A DNA stretch of 64,000 nucleotides from an uncultured Spirochaetota bacterium (lineage in GTDB: Bacteria; Spirochaetota; Brevinematia; Brevinematales; JAOACQ01): assembly GCA_963835575.1 (NCBI GenBank), contig CAWIGG010000005.1:224001-288000 (forward strand), written 5' to 3'. Positions within the stretch are counted from its first letter, which is position 1. Every line of letters starts with the position of its first letter. A program made the translations under genes and the position numbers. Shown here one piece after another: positions 20,387-28,890 of this stretch. The notes beneath the pieces are model-generated. The model had not been told where the DNA came from. It searched no databases and saw only the letters and a program-made list of their open reading frames with translations.

Positions 20387-21113
20387 TTTCATAATATCCG
20401 ATTGTTCACGCGGATTTTCAAGATTACAGCAGATTTTGAGGATTTAGTTTTGTGGGGAGGGTCTTGATGAGAGGAAGATTCCTGGTTGTTTGGAGATAGA
20501 ATCGGGGTTGAAGGTGGCTTCGCCTGATTGACAGTGGATTTTGATTGAGAATCACTTCTTGATTTTATTAAAGCTTATTTATCGACCCCAATTTCACGCG
20601 GATTCCACGGATTTTGGCGGATTTTAAGGATTTAGTTTATTTAAAGATGCATTCTAAAATAAATCGGTTCCTTACTGTTATTAGTGCGTTTCGGGGATTA
20701 ACAGGATGGCACCCTTCGATATTACTCAGGGTAAACTCCGGCGGGAAGGAGAACGGACGAGGTAATCCGCGAAGGCACGCGAAGAGACGCGAAGGGGATG
20801 GATTTTGAATTTCGATTCTTTATAAAAGCATTTCATACCTTTTTTTATTCTGGCGCTTTTTAACGGGGGTTTTGGGGTGGGCTTCGCCCGGCAGACAGAA
20901 GATTTTGATTGAGAATCCCTTCTTGGTTTATTAAAGCCTATTGATCGACCCCAATTTCACGCGGATTTTCGCGGATTAGGACGGATGCTTCGGCTTCGCT
21001 CAGCACAAGTTTTGGAAGATTTAGTTTTATTAACCTGATTTGTTTACTCGATGGCTGGAAATGTTAGGGGAATGAGGAGGGATGGGGGAGCAGACACGAA
21101 TTGGCACAAATTG
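20387..21113. repeat. Cluster of degenerate dispersed repeats (9-nt-period units, REP-like hairpins)
   Basis: Similar to 15797-16010 and 4143-4232; e.g. CGCGAAGGCACGCGAAGAGACGCGAA, CACGCGGATTCCACGGATT, CCCTTCGATATTACTCAGGG. Confidence 0.75.
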
Positions 21114-21132
21114 GAATATTTTCACGTGAATA

Positions 21133-21480
21133 CTAAATCTGATTACGATTACCTCGCTCAAATATACAAGTCATTCCTTTAAACAAATTATTTTTATATA
21201 TAGTAATATTATTTCTTATCTTGAATTGAGATTCATTTATAATAATAGGATGAATCAACATTTTATTATTCTTTGAAATATTATATATCATGGAGATTAT
21301 ATCAACATCATTAATTTCATCATATAAGACCACCAAAATATCTATATCTGAATCTCTTCTATAATAATATGCTTGACTACCAAGTAGATATATTTTTTTT
21401 ATCTCAGACTTTGCTTGTGCACTTTCTTCAATTTCTTTTATTATGCTCTTTAATTCTTCTGGGATATTTTTTGATTTCAT
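21133..21480 (-). CDS. Minimal nucleotidyltransferase (MNT / Pol-beta-like) protein
   Basis: KIYLLGSQA...DSDIDILVV motif, 115 aa. Confidence 0.8.
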   Translation of the reverse strand: MKSKNIPEELKSIIKEIEESAQAKSEIKKIYLLGSQAYYYRRDSDIDILVVLYDEINDVDIISMIYNISKNNKMLIHPIIINESQFKIRNNITIYKNNLFKGMTCIFERGNRNQI

Positions 21481-21663
21481 CCACTAACTCCCTTATTTTA
21501 AGTTGCTGTTCAGACCTGTTTAATTCAAGCCGTTTTTCCAGAGATTTTCTATAATCAATAAATTCTTTAATCGCCTGACTAAAGTAATGATCTTCCATCT
21601 GATTTTTATTCAGATTATCTTTCCGTTTTATTTCTTCCAATTGATTATAGTTTTCTTCAATAT
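21428..21663 (-). pseudogene. 3' remnant of an unknown gene, apparently truncated by the transposon end
   Basis: Open frame overlapping the MNT start; its 5' part runs into transposon-end repeats. Confidence 0.5.
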
Positions 21664-21727
21664 TGTTGTATCCAGCCACAATATTTTTCCTTAGCTTAGC
21701 CACGATATTTTTCCAATAATAATAATA

Positions 21728-21753
21728 AAAAAGACGGGATAAATTTCCCGGCC
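21728..21753 (-). terminator. Terminator after ATPase gene
   Basis: Minus strand GGCCGGGAAATTTATCCCGTC followed by T6. Confidence 0.6.
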
Positions 21754-21759
21754 AATTAG

Positions 21760-22557
21760 TCATTTCCATTCTGATTTTGCTTGATCAAATATAAGATCAT
21801 CTACAATTTTTTTGCCATTTGACATAGCTGCTAAAAGGAGTGTAGTGCAGATTCGATTTATTATTCTTGGAATTCCAGAAGATTCGTCATGTATTTTAGA
21901 TATGACTGAATCCGTGAATATAGCTGCGGTACTTCCTGCTATATTTAAATGATGCCGTATATAACCACAGCTATCTTCTAATAGCATTCCTTCCAAATGA
22001 AACTTTACAGTAATTCGCTGCCTTAATGCTTCATTTTCCAAACCCGCAAACCTTTGCATAAGTAGTTTATGGCCTGAAAAAATAAAGTTAACAAGAGATC
22101 TGGTGTCAAAATCAAAATTTGAAAGTAACCTTATCTCTTCCAAAATAAAACCCGGAAGATTTTGAGCTTCATCCAGAATTATAACCGGCGTTATCTTTTT
22201 GATCATAGCTAATTCCCTAAGTGTTTTTTTTAGAATATTACGACATTCACCAGAGCTATATACCGGTCGAACTTGGAACTCTGACAATATAGTTCGATAG
22301 AAATCTTGTTTTTTATCAAAAGCTATATTCAGATAAACAGACTGATGTGTATTAGGATTCATTGAAGAAGTGAAAAATCGCAGGGCTGTACTCTTACCAC
22401 TTCCAACTGGACCAGTAAGTAGAAAAAAACCTCCTTCCTCCAGGAAATATTTTAACCTATGTCTGAGATTTTCAAAATCTTTCCATAAAAATGCTTCTTT
22501 CTCTGAAATATCTCGAGAGAATGGTGTTCGAATAAATCCATAATATTGGTTAAGCAT
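21760..22557 (-). CDS. ExeA-like / TnsC-like AAA+ ATPase
   Basis: YGFIRTPFSR, Walker A GPVGSGKS, Walker B IILDEAQ, ALRQRI, SGIPRIIN; overlaps transposase stop. Confidence 0.9.
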   Translation of the reverse strand: MLNQYYGFIRTPFSRDISEKEAFLWKDFENLRHRLKYFLEEGGFFLLTGPVGSGKSTALRFFTSSMNPNTHQSVYLNIAFDKKQDFYRTILSEFQVRPVYSSGECRNILKKTLRELAMIKKITPVIILDEAQNLPGFILEEIRLLSNFDFDTRSLVNFIFSGHKLLMQRFAGLENEALRQRITVKFHLEGMLLEDSCGYIRHHLNIAGSTAAIFTDSVISKIHDESSGIPRIINRICTTLLLAAMSNGKKIVDDLIFDQAKSEWK

Positions 22558-23917
22558 TAGAATCCTCCTTTTTTATTCTGCTGAAATCAATTTGCCGTCT
22601 CTCTTTTCTAGAAATTTCTAATTCTTTTTGTTTCAGCCTCGAAAAGAATTCCATAGATGATTGCCTTATGATAGATACTGCTGTCTTTTTTTCTTCTGGA
22701 ATATTGCGGAAAACAGGATTTTTTAAATCCCGCGGAAGTGCAGTCTCTGAATATTTGTTTTCTGAATATATAAATACTTTCGACATATCGAAGGGATCAT
22801 ATCGAACTTCAACTTCAGTCCCAAGAAACACATGATTATTAAGACAATAAGTATTCCCATTCAACTTAATACTCCCGTCGGAAGGGTGGACTTTCCGTTT
22901 TTCCCTATATAAAAATATTTCTGTAATTTCCTCGATACTTTCTATAGTCCTTAATTTAACGTTCTTCATATCATTTGTATATCTGTCAAGCGGAGTAACA
23001 CCAATCGCTTGATGTTCCACTCTGTGGTATTCTATTTCTATCCAAGTCTGCAAAAATGAATTCAACTCATCCAAAGAAGATATATCAGCAAATCTGGCTT
23101 CAGACATAAATTCTTTTTGAATACGTTGAAAGAAGCGCTCAATTTTCCCTTTAGACTGAGGAGAATATGGGAGATGGTGCATGAGCCGGATACCGAGCAT
23201 TGCACAAATTCTGCTTAAATGATAAGTATCAAAAATCTTACCGTTATCAACATACAACGCTTTAGGAATGCCCCGTTTTAAAATCGATTTTTTCAAAGTA
23301 TCCTCGAGTCTTGGCAGTTTCTCATCAAAATAAAATTGTGCATGGGGAATAATCCTGGAATAATCGTCAATAAAAGCAAATAGATAAGTCATTTTTCCAC
23401 TACTGCGAAGAGGTATTCCGTCTGTTATATCAGCTTGCCACAATTCATTAATATGTTCTTTTTCAAATGCATAATTAATTCTTTTTTGGCATAAGTTTCT
23501 TCGATTAAGGCCATTATTTTTAAGTACTCGTGAAATTGTTCTCTCTTTGAGAGGTATATTCTGGAATTCCAGTGAAGATTTCAGTAGTTTCATAATTTGT
23601 CTTGCGCTTCGTTTCGGATCCTCTTCTTTCAGATGTTTGATCTTTTTGATAATATTATCAGAATGTTTTTTTGATTTACCTTTGTCTTTTCTGATTTTAC
23701 GATTTAATCCTTCAAAGCCTTTGGATTCATAACGCTTGATGTAATTCAACAAAGTTTTTGACGTTAATTTTTTCTTTATTGAACCGGGAATATTCTGTTC
23801 CTCATTAACAATATTCCGAATAATATTCTGACGCTCCTTTTTATCTTCTATGTGAATCAACCGTGAAATAAGACCAAATTTAAATAAAGACTTTCTCATT
23901 TTCTCATCATCTTCCAT
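22550..23917 (-). CDS. DDE (rve) transposase with Mu-transposase C-terminal domain
   Basis: HTH region, LWQAD, FIDDYSR, LYVDNG, PYSPQSKGKIERFF, VEVRYDPFDMS. Confidence 0.92.
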   Translation of the reverse strand: MEDDEKMRKSLFKFGLISRLIHIEDKKERQNIIRNIVNEEQNIPGSIKKKLTSKTLLNYIKRYESKGFEGLNRKIRKDKGKSKKHSDNIIKKIKHLKEEDPKRSARQIMKLLKSSLEFQNIPLKERTISRVLKNNGLNRRNLCQKRINYAFEKEHINELWQADITDGIPLRSSGKMTYLFAFIDDYSRIIPHAQFYFDEKLPRLEDTLKKSILKRGIPKALYVDNGKIFDTYHLSRICAMLGIRLMHHLPYSPQSKGKIERFFQRIQKEFMSEARFADISSLDELNSFLQTWIEIEYHRVEHQAIGVTPLDRYTNDMKNVKLRTIESIEEITEIFLYREKRKVHPSDGSIKLNGNTYCLNNHVFLGTEVEVRYDPFDMSKVFIYSENKYSETALPRDLKNPVFRNIPEEKKTAVSIIRQSSMEFFSRLKQKELEISRKERRQIDFSRIKKEDSNA

Positions 23918-23991
23918 AAAACATTCTCCAAATTCATTTTATCCATTATAAAAGAAATGTGATATGGAAAAAATCTAATTTTATGTGAAAA

Positions 23992-24609
23992 TTACCCGGA
24001 ATCCAGACTTAAAAGCTTCTTTCCAGAGCAGAAGCTATAAATATAATTCAAAAAATAGTATTTCTCAGACTCAAGAATAGGACCAAAAAGGTACTTTTTG
24101 TGATATATTACACAGAGTTTATCTAAAATGTTAAATAGGATGTTTAATTTATCTATATTAGAATTCTGATCAGGATAAATGTCAGGAATTTTTGTAGAGC
24201 TATCAAGTTCAATTATAAGTTTTGATAAAGTTTTTATTAAATCATCGCATTGTTTCATTAGACAATTGAAATAATTCCGGAAAGTTGAAAGGTTATTAAA
24301 ATGAGTGTCATAATATTTCCAAATAGTTTCTATTTTTTCAAATTTCATATAATGGTTTTGAATCAACCCCAAAAATATGTTAACACATCTTCTTTTTCTG
24401 GAAAGAAGGTATGGCGGAATTACAGAAATTGTTTCACTTTTTTTCCCTGATTCCAAAGGATAATAGAAACGAATAACATCAGTACTAATAGGATATTTTC
24501 TAGGGTATGTGTCATTATATTTATAACCAGGGTGGTCAATTAAAAATCTTTTTTCAACATTTTCTCTTGTATAATCCTCTGGATAAAAATAAAGGCCAAC
24601 TTCTTGCAT
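23992..24609 (-). CDS. DUF6431-like transposon accessory protein
   Basis: Y.R.Y....IRFY....TISVIPPYLL.RKR pattern and position before DDE/ExeA pair; ATG 24609 preferred because the upstream extension lies inside paired stems. Confidence 0.6.
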   Translation of the reverse strand: MQEVGLYFYPEDYTRENVEKRFLIDHPGYKYNDTYPRKYPISTDVIRFYYPLESGKKSETISVIPPYLLSRKRRCVNIFLGLIQNHYMKFEKIETIWKYYDTHFNNLSTFRNYFNCLMKQCDDLIKTLSKLIIELDSSTKIPDIYPDQNSNIDKLNILFNILDKLCVIYHKKYLFGPILESEKYYFLNYIYSFCSGKKLLSLDSG

Positions 24610-24625
24610 TGATTCCAATCCATCA

Positions 24626-25290
24626 CTTATATTTCCAGTAGCCCATAATGACTGACATTGACAGTCATTTTTCAAGTATTGCTAGTTTGTGTCCTCTGAG
24701 ATGTGATGGATTTAAATCATTCACAGATAAAATCTGTCTTTTTTAAAGCAACTCTGAAATAACAGAATATGATGCTATTTTCATAAAACAATGAAAAATA
24801 ACAACCATCGCTTTTTTCAGACATAATATTAGACATAATGAGGACACAATACTAGCAGCTAAGGGAAATATAAGGTAGGGAATTGGAAACCAATCCCTAA
24901 TTTTGCCGGCAGCAGAAGCTACCGGATTTTTTTAGAAGAGTTATATAATAACCCTTCTCTAAATGACACGTTTTCATAAGAAAAGTGTCTTAAAAATAAA
25001 ATGAAAGCTAGATTATTAAGCTTCCATTTTGTGCTGCTTATAGCAGCAATGTGTCGTAATGCTCAACCATAAGAAAAAGTGAATCGTTTCATAGGTCATA
25101 TTCATTATTTGCTCAACTCAATGTCAACCCGGCATGATATTGTCAAGCTGATTTAAGGGAACAAGAGTCAAGCATTGCAAAAATAATGAGTAAGAATAAA
25201 ACCTATTCCAACAAACCCGTGATTTTCCCTTAATTACACAGGAAACTGACTAACGACGTAATTAAATTATCGGTTTTGACCAAAAGGATT
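24626..25290 (-). ncRNA. Putative large structured RNA or leader, family not recognised
   Basis: About 15 helices including nested long-range stems; most mismatches are A-C on plus, i.e. G-U on minus. Confidence 0.7.
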
Positions 25291-25370
25291 ATTAGATCAT
25301 ATTGATTACATTAAAAGTTAAATATCCCGAATAGACATGTTCGACAGAAGTAATAATATGGATTTATATT

Positions 25371-26078
25371 TTAACTTCTAAATAAAGTAATAGATTCACT
25401 AAAGTAATTAGCATTAGGGATTATTTGTTTCCATATTTTATCATTTGTAGATGAAGTTGGTATTGAAAATACACCTGAAGCTCCTATTACATAACTCCAT
25501 TTGTTTGAAGGAAGTTCACCAACACCTCTTATATAGAATACTAAATTTTTCTTAAAACCTAATGCTTTCTTTGTGTCTTTTACTAGAATAGCACTCGGAA
25601 TATTTCTTGTTTTTAGAAGCACAATTGCAGGAAGAGGAGATCTAATTAACAGTTCGCCTATAATAGGAGGAAGGTCTCCTTTTATTTTTACTTTCTTGTC
25701 ATCAATAATAGTATCATTTTCCAATTGTTTTAAAAGATCAAACTTATTAAAATCAGGAGTTCTGCATATATCAAAATCATCAAGATATATTGATCCATCA
25801 ATATTTCTTTCTTCACTCGTTTCCTCTGTCAAGTACTTATTTACCATATCGTAAATCAATTTCAGAGCTGTATCAGTATTATCAGTATTTATATTTACTT
25901 GTAAAAGATTTAAATAATTTTTTAAATCTTCAATATCCCAGATAACACTGTATTTCCTATCCATTACATAACCCGAGGTTTCTCCATAGCTCTTCTTTTG
26001 AACATCTGTCCAAAAAGCCAAAGCGGCGATATCAATAATTAATCTTGGTTCAATTTGAGATTCCATGAATTCCTCCAA
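25371..26078 (-). CDS. Hypothetical AT-rich protein
   Basis: 235-codon ORF, GGAGGA RBS near the second start codon, no family recognised. Confidence 0.65.
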   Translation of the reverse strand: MEEFMESQIEPRLIIDIAALAFWTDVQKKSYGETSGYVMDRKYSVIWDIEDLKNYLNLLQVNINTDNTDTALKLIYDMVNKYLTEETSEERNIDGSIYLDDFDICRTPDFNKFDLLKQLENDTIIDDKKVKIKGDLPPIIGELLIRSPLPAIVLLKTRNIPSAILVKDTKKALGFKKNLVFYIRGVGELPSNKWSYVIGASGVFSIPTSSTNDKIWKQIIPNANYFSESITLFRS

Positions 26079-26562
26079 TTAGAGATTAATTATAATTATA
26101 GCTTAAAATAATGATTTAAATAAATCAATAGTGGATTGTTTTTTGATAAGACACAAAACAGTTAAGACTTGAATTTTTAATTTTACATAAAAGATTGGTT
26201 AAAATTAATGATAATCAATAAATTTCCCATCTTCGAAAATTGTGATTGATTCAATTAATTTTGTATTATCATTAATCTGATTTTCAATATAGATTCTACC
26301 ATTACTCAAATGATATTCAAATATATATTCGATATTATCTTTTAAGCTATATTTATTAGCAATGTTTTTAATACTTTTTTTATTTCAAAAAAATTTCTTT
26401 CCCTTTAAACAGGGCTGTTTCCCCTAATCCTCAATATGTGATTTGCATTTTTGTTGCATCTTATTTGCAATTTTAGAGTAAATATTTTACACTTGAAACA
26501 GCCGTACTGATTCGCTTTAAAATAACAATATGCCTCCCAGGCAGAAATTGGTAAAAAAAAAG

Positions 26563-26964
26563 ATGTCACATTTAAAATTTGTCAGTAAAGTATATAAACC
26601 TGCCCGCAGTTTATTCAAGGTATATTTTAAGAAAATTGTCCTTTTATTTACTTTTATTGCATTTATTTCGATTTCCGTATTTTCACATCACACTCACCAT
26701 AATGAGGATCTTCAAATAAAGAATAACAGCGCCTGTTGTCTTAAAGCGCAAAGCGAGTCTCTTCAAGACAAAGATGGAGATTTTTGTATCGCCTGTTTCT
26801 GGCAGAGCATTGCCCAATCGACAGGCATTTTTGACAAGATCGTGTTAACCTATGAAAATCCTGTCTCAAATATTTTCAAACCGTTACTGAATTTCCATTC
26901 TGAAAAAATTATTTTATCATTCCAGAACAGGGCTCCTCCAACCCGGACTTTTACCGGTTGTTAA
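26563..26964 (+). CDS. DUF2946-like small protein with His cluster, CxxC and C-terminal RAPP
   Basis: Hydrophobic segment then HHTHH, CC, CIAC, QNRAPP; start uncertain. Confidence 0.65.
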   Translation: MSHLKFVSKVYKPARSLFKVYFKKIVLLFTFIAFISISVFSHHTHHNEDLQIKNNSACCLKAQSESLQDKDGDFCIACFWQSIAQSTGIFDKIVLTYENPVSNIFKPLLNFHSEKIILSFQNRAPPTRTFTGC

Positions 26965-27119
26965 AAAAAAATCAATGAATATTTTACTTTTTTGTGTTGT
27001 CTAATGGCTAACTTCAAGATCTTTCAATAGTGTTGGAGGAACACTGAATAAAAAAAGTAATGGATTAAGGCTTTTTTTTAATGGCCTTTCCCTGATAATT
27101 ATTATGGAGGAATAACCCT

Positions 27120-28436
27120 ATGAAAAGAAATATGATCGTTTTTACTGTCGCCGGCATCATGATGTTTTCAGTTCTGTTTACTGGATGCGCCGCAAAAAAG
27201 CAGCCGTTCGGGTTTCATGCCCTAAAAATAAACGGCCGGTTCGTGGAAGTTTCCGTTTTCAGTGAGGAATACGCCCGTTATTACGAAAATAATAAGAGAA
27301 ACGCCCGGGTGATGCGGATGCCGGATAACGAGCGCAGAGCAGCGGTCCTTGATAATGTCATTGAAAGGGAGATTGAAGAAAATTATATCACAAACCGCAG
27401 GGATATAGAAGTTACGGACAATGAAGTGACGGATTTTCTCGACCGTTATGTCAAGCCGGGCATGTTTATGGATATCGATGAGGATGAGCCGGTCCCCTTG
27501 AGTTTTCATGATGCTGCCGTCAGCCAGAAGGTGTTTTCCTCTATAAAACCCTATCTGCTGAGGCTGAAAATCATACCTGAAATAGCCTCAAAGTATAATA
27601 TTAAAGCCGACCCAAAAGAGGTTAGAGAGGAATATAAGCGGCAGCTTAAGAATAATTACCTTGTCTTCGGGAGGCATATAGTCCTGCCGAAGGGGCAGAT
27701 GAAGCTCGCCGGCGAGCTCGCTGAAAAGATGAAGAAAGAATCCGATGTAATGGACCTTGTCAGGAGATATTCCATCGATGCTGACACGAAAGATAAAGGC
27801 GGGGCAATGGGAAATATCGCACAGGCCTTGATAACGCCCGATTTCGCGAAAAAGATGCAGTCCGTCAGGCCCGGCGATGTCATCAAGCCGTTCCAGGCCG
27901 CATACGGAATAGAGATCATCCGGATCGATGATGTCATCCATTTTAATCACCCTGAAAATGAGATTGAAAAAATCATTCTAATGCGAAATTTTCACTCTTC
28001 CCCGGTTTATCATGATTGGATGGATTCTCTGAAAGCTGGTGTTAAAATAGAAATCACCGATCCGGTTTTAAAAGCATACTATCTTTTCAAAACCGGAAAA
28101 TACGCGGATGCCGCTCCGCTGTTCATTAAATTATATCAGTCCGGAAAATCCCGCGATGAACTGGAACTGGCAATAGTCTGCTTTATAAAAGCCGGTAACG
28201 GGAAAGAGCTTGTCCGCTGGAGCGGGGAAGGATTGAGGGTGTTTCCCGGGTTCAGTCTGAACTATTATTTATCCCAGGCTTCCGGTTTCATGATGCTTCA
28301 AAAAACAAACGAGTGCCTCCTGGCCATGAAAAACGCGGAGAAAGCGGCCGGTGATGCAATCCTGAAAGAAATAGCCGATCAATATTTTGATTTAGGATTG
28401 ACTAATGAAGGAAGCAAATATACAAACAGGCGATAA
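27120..28436 (+). CDS. PpiC/parvulin-type foldase (PrsA/SurA-like) lipoprotein with TPR-like C-terminus
   Basis: FTGC lipobox-like; RHIVL..YSID..TKDKGGAMG..PDF..PFQAAYG.EII; helical C-terminus. Confidence 0.8.
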   Translation: MKRNMIVFTVAGIMMFSVLFTGCAAKKQPFGFHALKINGRFVEVSVFSEEYARYYENNKRNARVMRMPDNERRAAVLDNVIEREIEENYITNRRDIEVTDNEVTDFLDRYVKPGMFMDIDEDEPVPLSFHDAAVSQKVFSSIKPYLLRLKIIPEIASKYNIKADPKEVREEYKRQLKNNYLVFGRHIVLPKGQMKLAGELAEKMKKESDVMDLVRRYSIDADTKDKGGAMGNIAQALITPDFAKKMQSVRPGDVIKPFQAAYGIEIIRIDDVIHFNHPENEIEKIILMRNFHSSPVYHDWMDSLKAGVKIEITDPVLKAYYLFKTGKYADAAPLFIKLYQSGKSRDELELAIVCFIKAGNGKELVRWSGEGLRVFPGFSLNYYLSQASGFMMLQKTNECLLAMKNAEKAAGDAILKEIADQYFDLGLTNEGSKYTNRR

Positions 28437-28486
28437 TATCCGGCTGAACTCATGCCGTTCCAAGAGGAGGTCAGGAATGGCGGGTT

Positions 28487-28807
28487 TTAAAACGTTAAAG
28501 TTTTATCCGCCCATTCAACCATTTTTACACAATCTATCATTGTTGATATAGGGCAAGCCTCAGAGCCTTCCATATTTCTTGATTTTAAACATGTACCGCA
28601 AGCTAGTATTTCACCACCCTCCTGGAGAAACTTTTTTAACTGTTCATCAACATTGAATTTTTCATGAGTTAATCCTTCACATTCGACCGCTTCACCCATA
28701 AGAAAGACTTTAACTTCATGCCCGTTCTTTTTTGACGTTACGGCAAAACGGAAAGCATTCCAGGCTTTTTCAAATTCTTTGGTTTCAAGAATAATCCCAA
28801 ATTTCAT
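28487..28807 (-). CDS. DsrE-family protein
   Basis: WNAFRFA, VFLMGEAVE, ACGTCLKSR, WADK.LTF. Confidence 0.85.
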   Translation of the reverse strand: MKFGIILETKEFEKAWNAFRFAVTSKKNGHEVKVFLMGEAVECEGLTHEKFNVDEQLKKFLQEGGEILACGTCLKSRNMEGSEACPISTMIDCVKMVEWADKTLTF

Positions 28808-28890
28808 ACTTTACTCCTATGCTCATTATAAAATAAGATGCTGTCTTATTGATAGCATCTTAATATGTTAATCTTTCCTGAAATCATTGA

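Larger units (their letters stand above)
21664..25290 (-). mobile_element. Mu/TnsB-TnsC-like transposon: structured leader, DUF6431-like gene, DDE transposase, AAA+ ATPase (far boundary uncertain)
   Basis: End starting TGT(TGT)ATCC with two 17-bp direct repeats AGCCAC(A/G)ATATTTTTCC (21674-21690, 21698-21714); gene content; no matching second end found. Confidence 0.7.

Noticed and set aside
4080..21113. CRISPR array or integron cassette array
   Set aside because: No regularly spaced identical repeats, cas genes, integron integrase or consistent attC cores.
24610..24675. N-terminal extension of the ORF from TTG 24675
   Set aside because: Lies inside paired stems; ATG 24609 is more plausible.
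24842..24848. GGACACA as the second transposon end (resembles TGTATCC inverted)
   Set aside because: No target duplication or 17-bp repeats nearby, and it is one arm of the 24680-96/24840-57 stem.
24626..25290. Group I/II intron or tRNA/tmRNA identity for the structured region
   Set aside because: No domain V, P7-type core or cloverleaf recognised by eye; an Rfam search is still needed.
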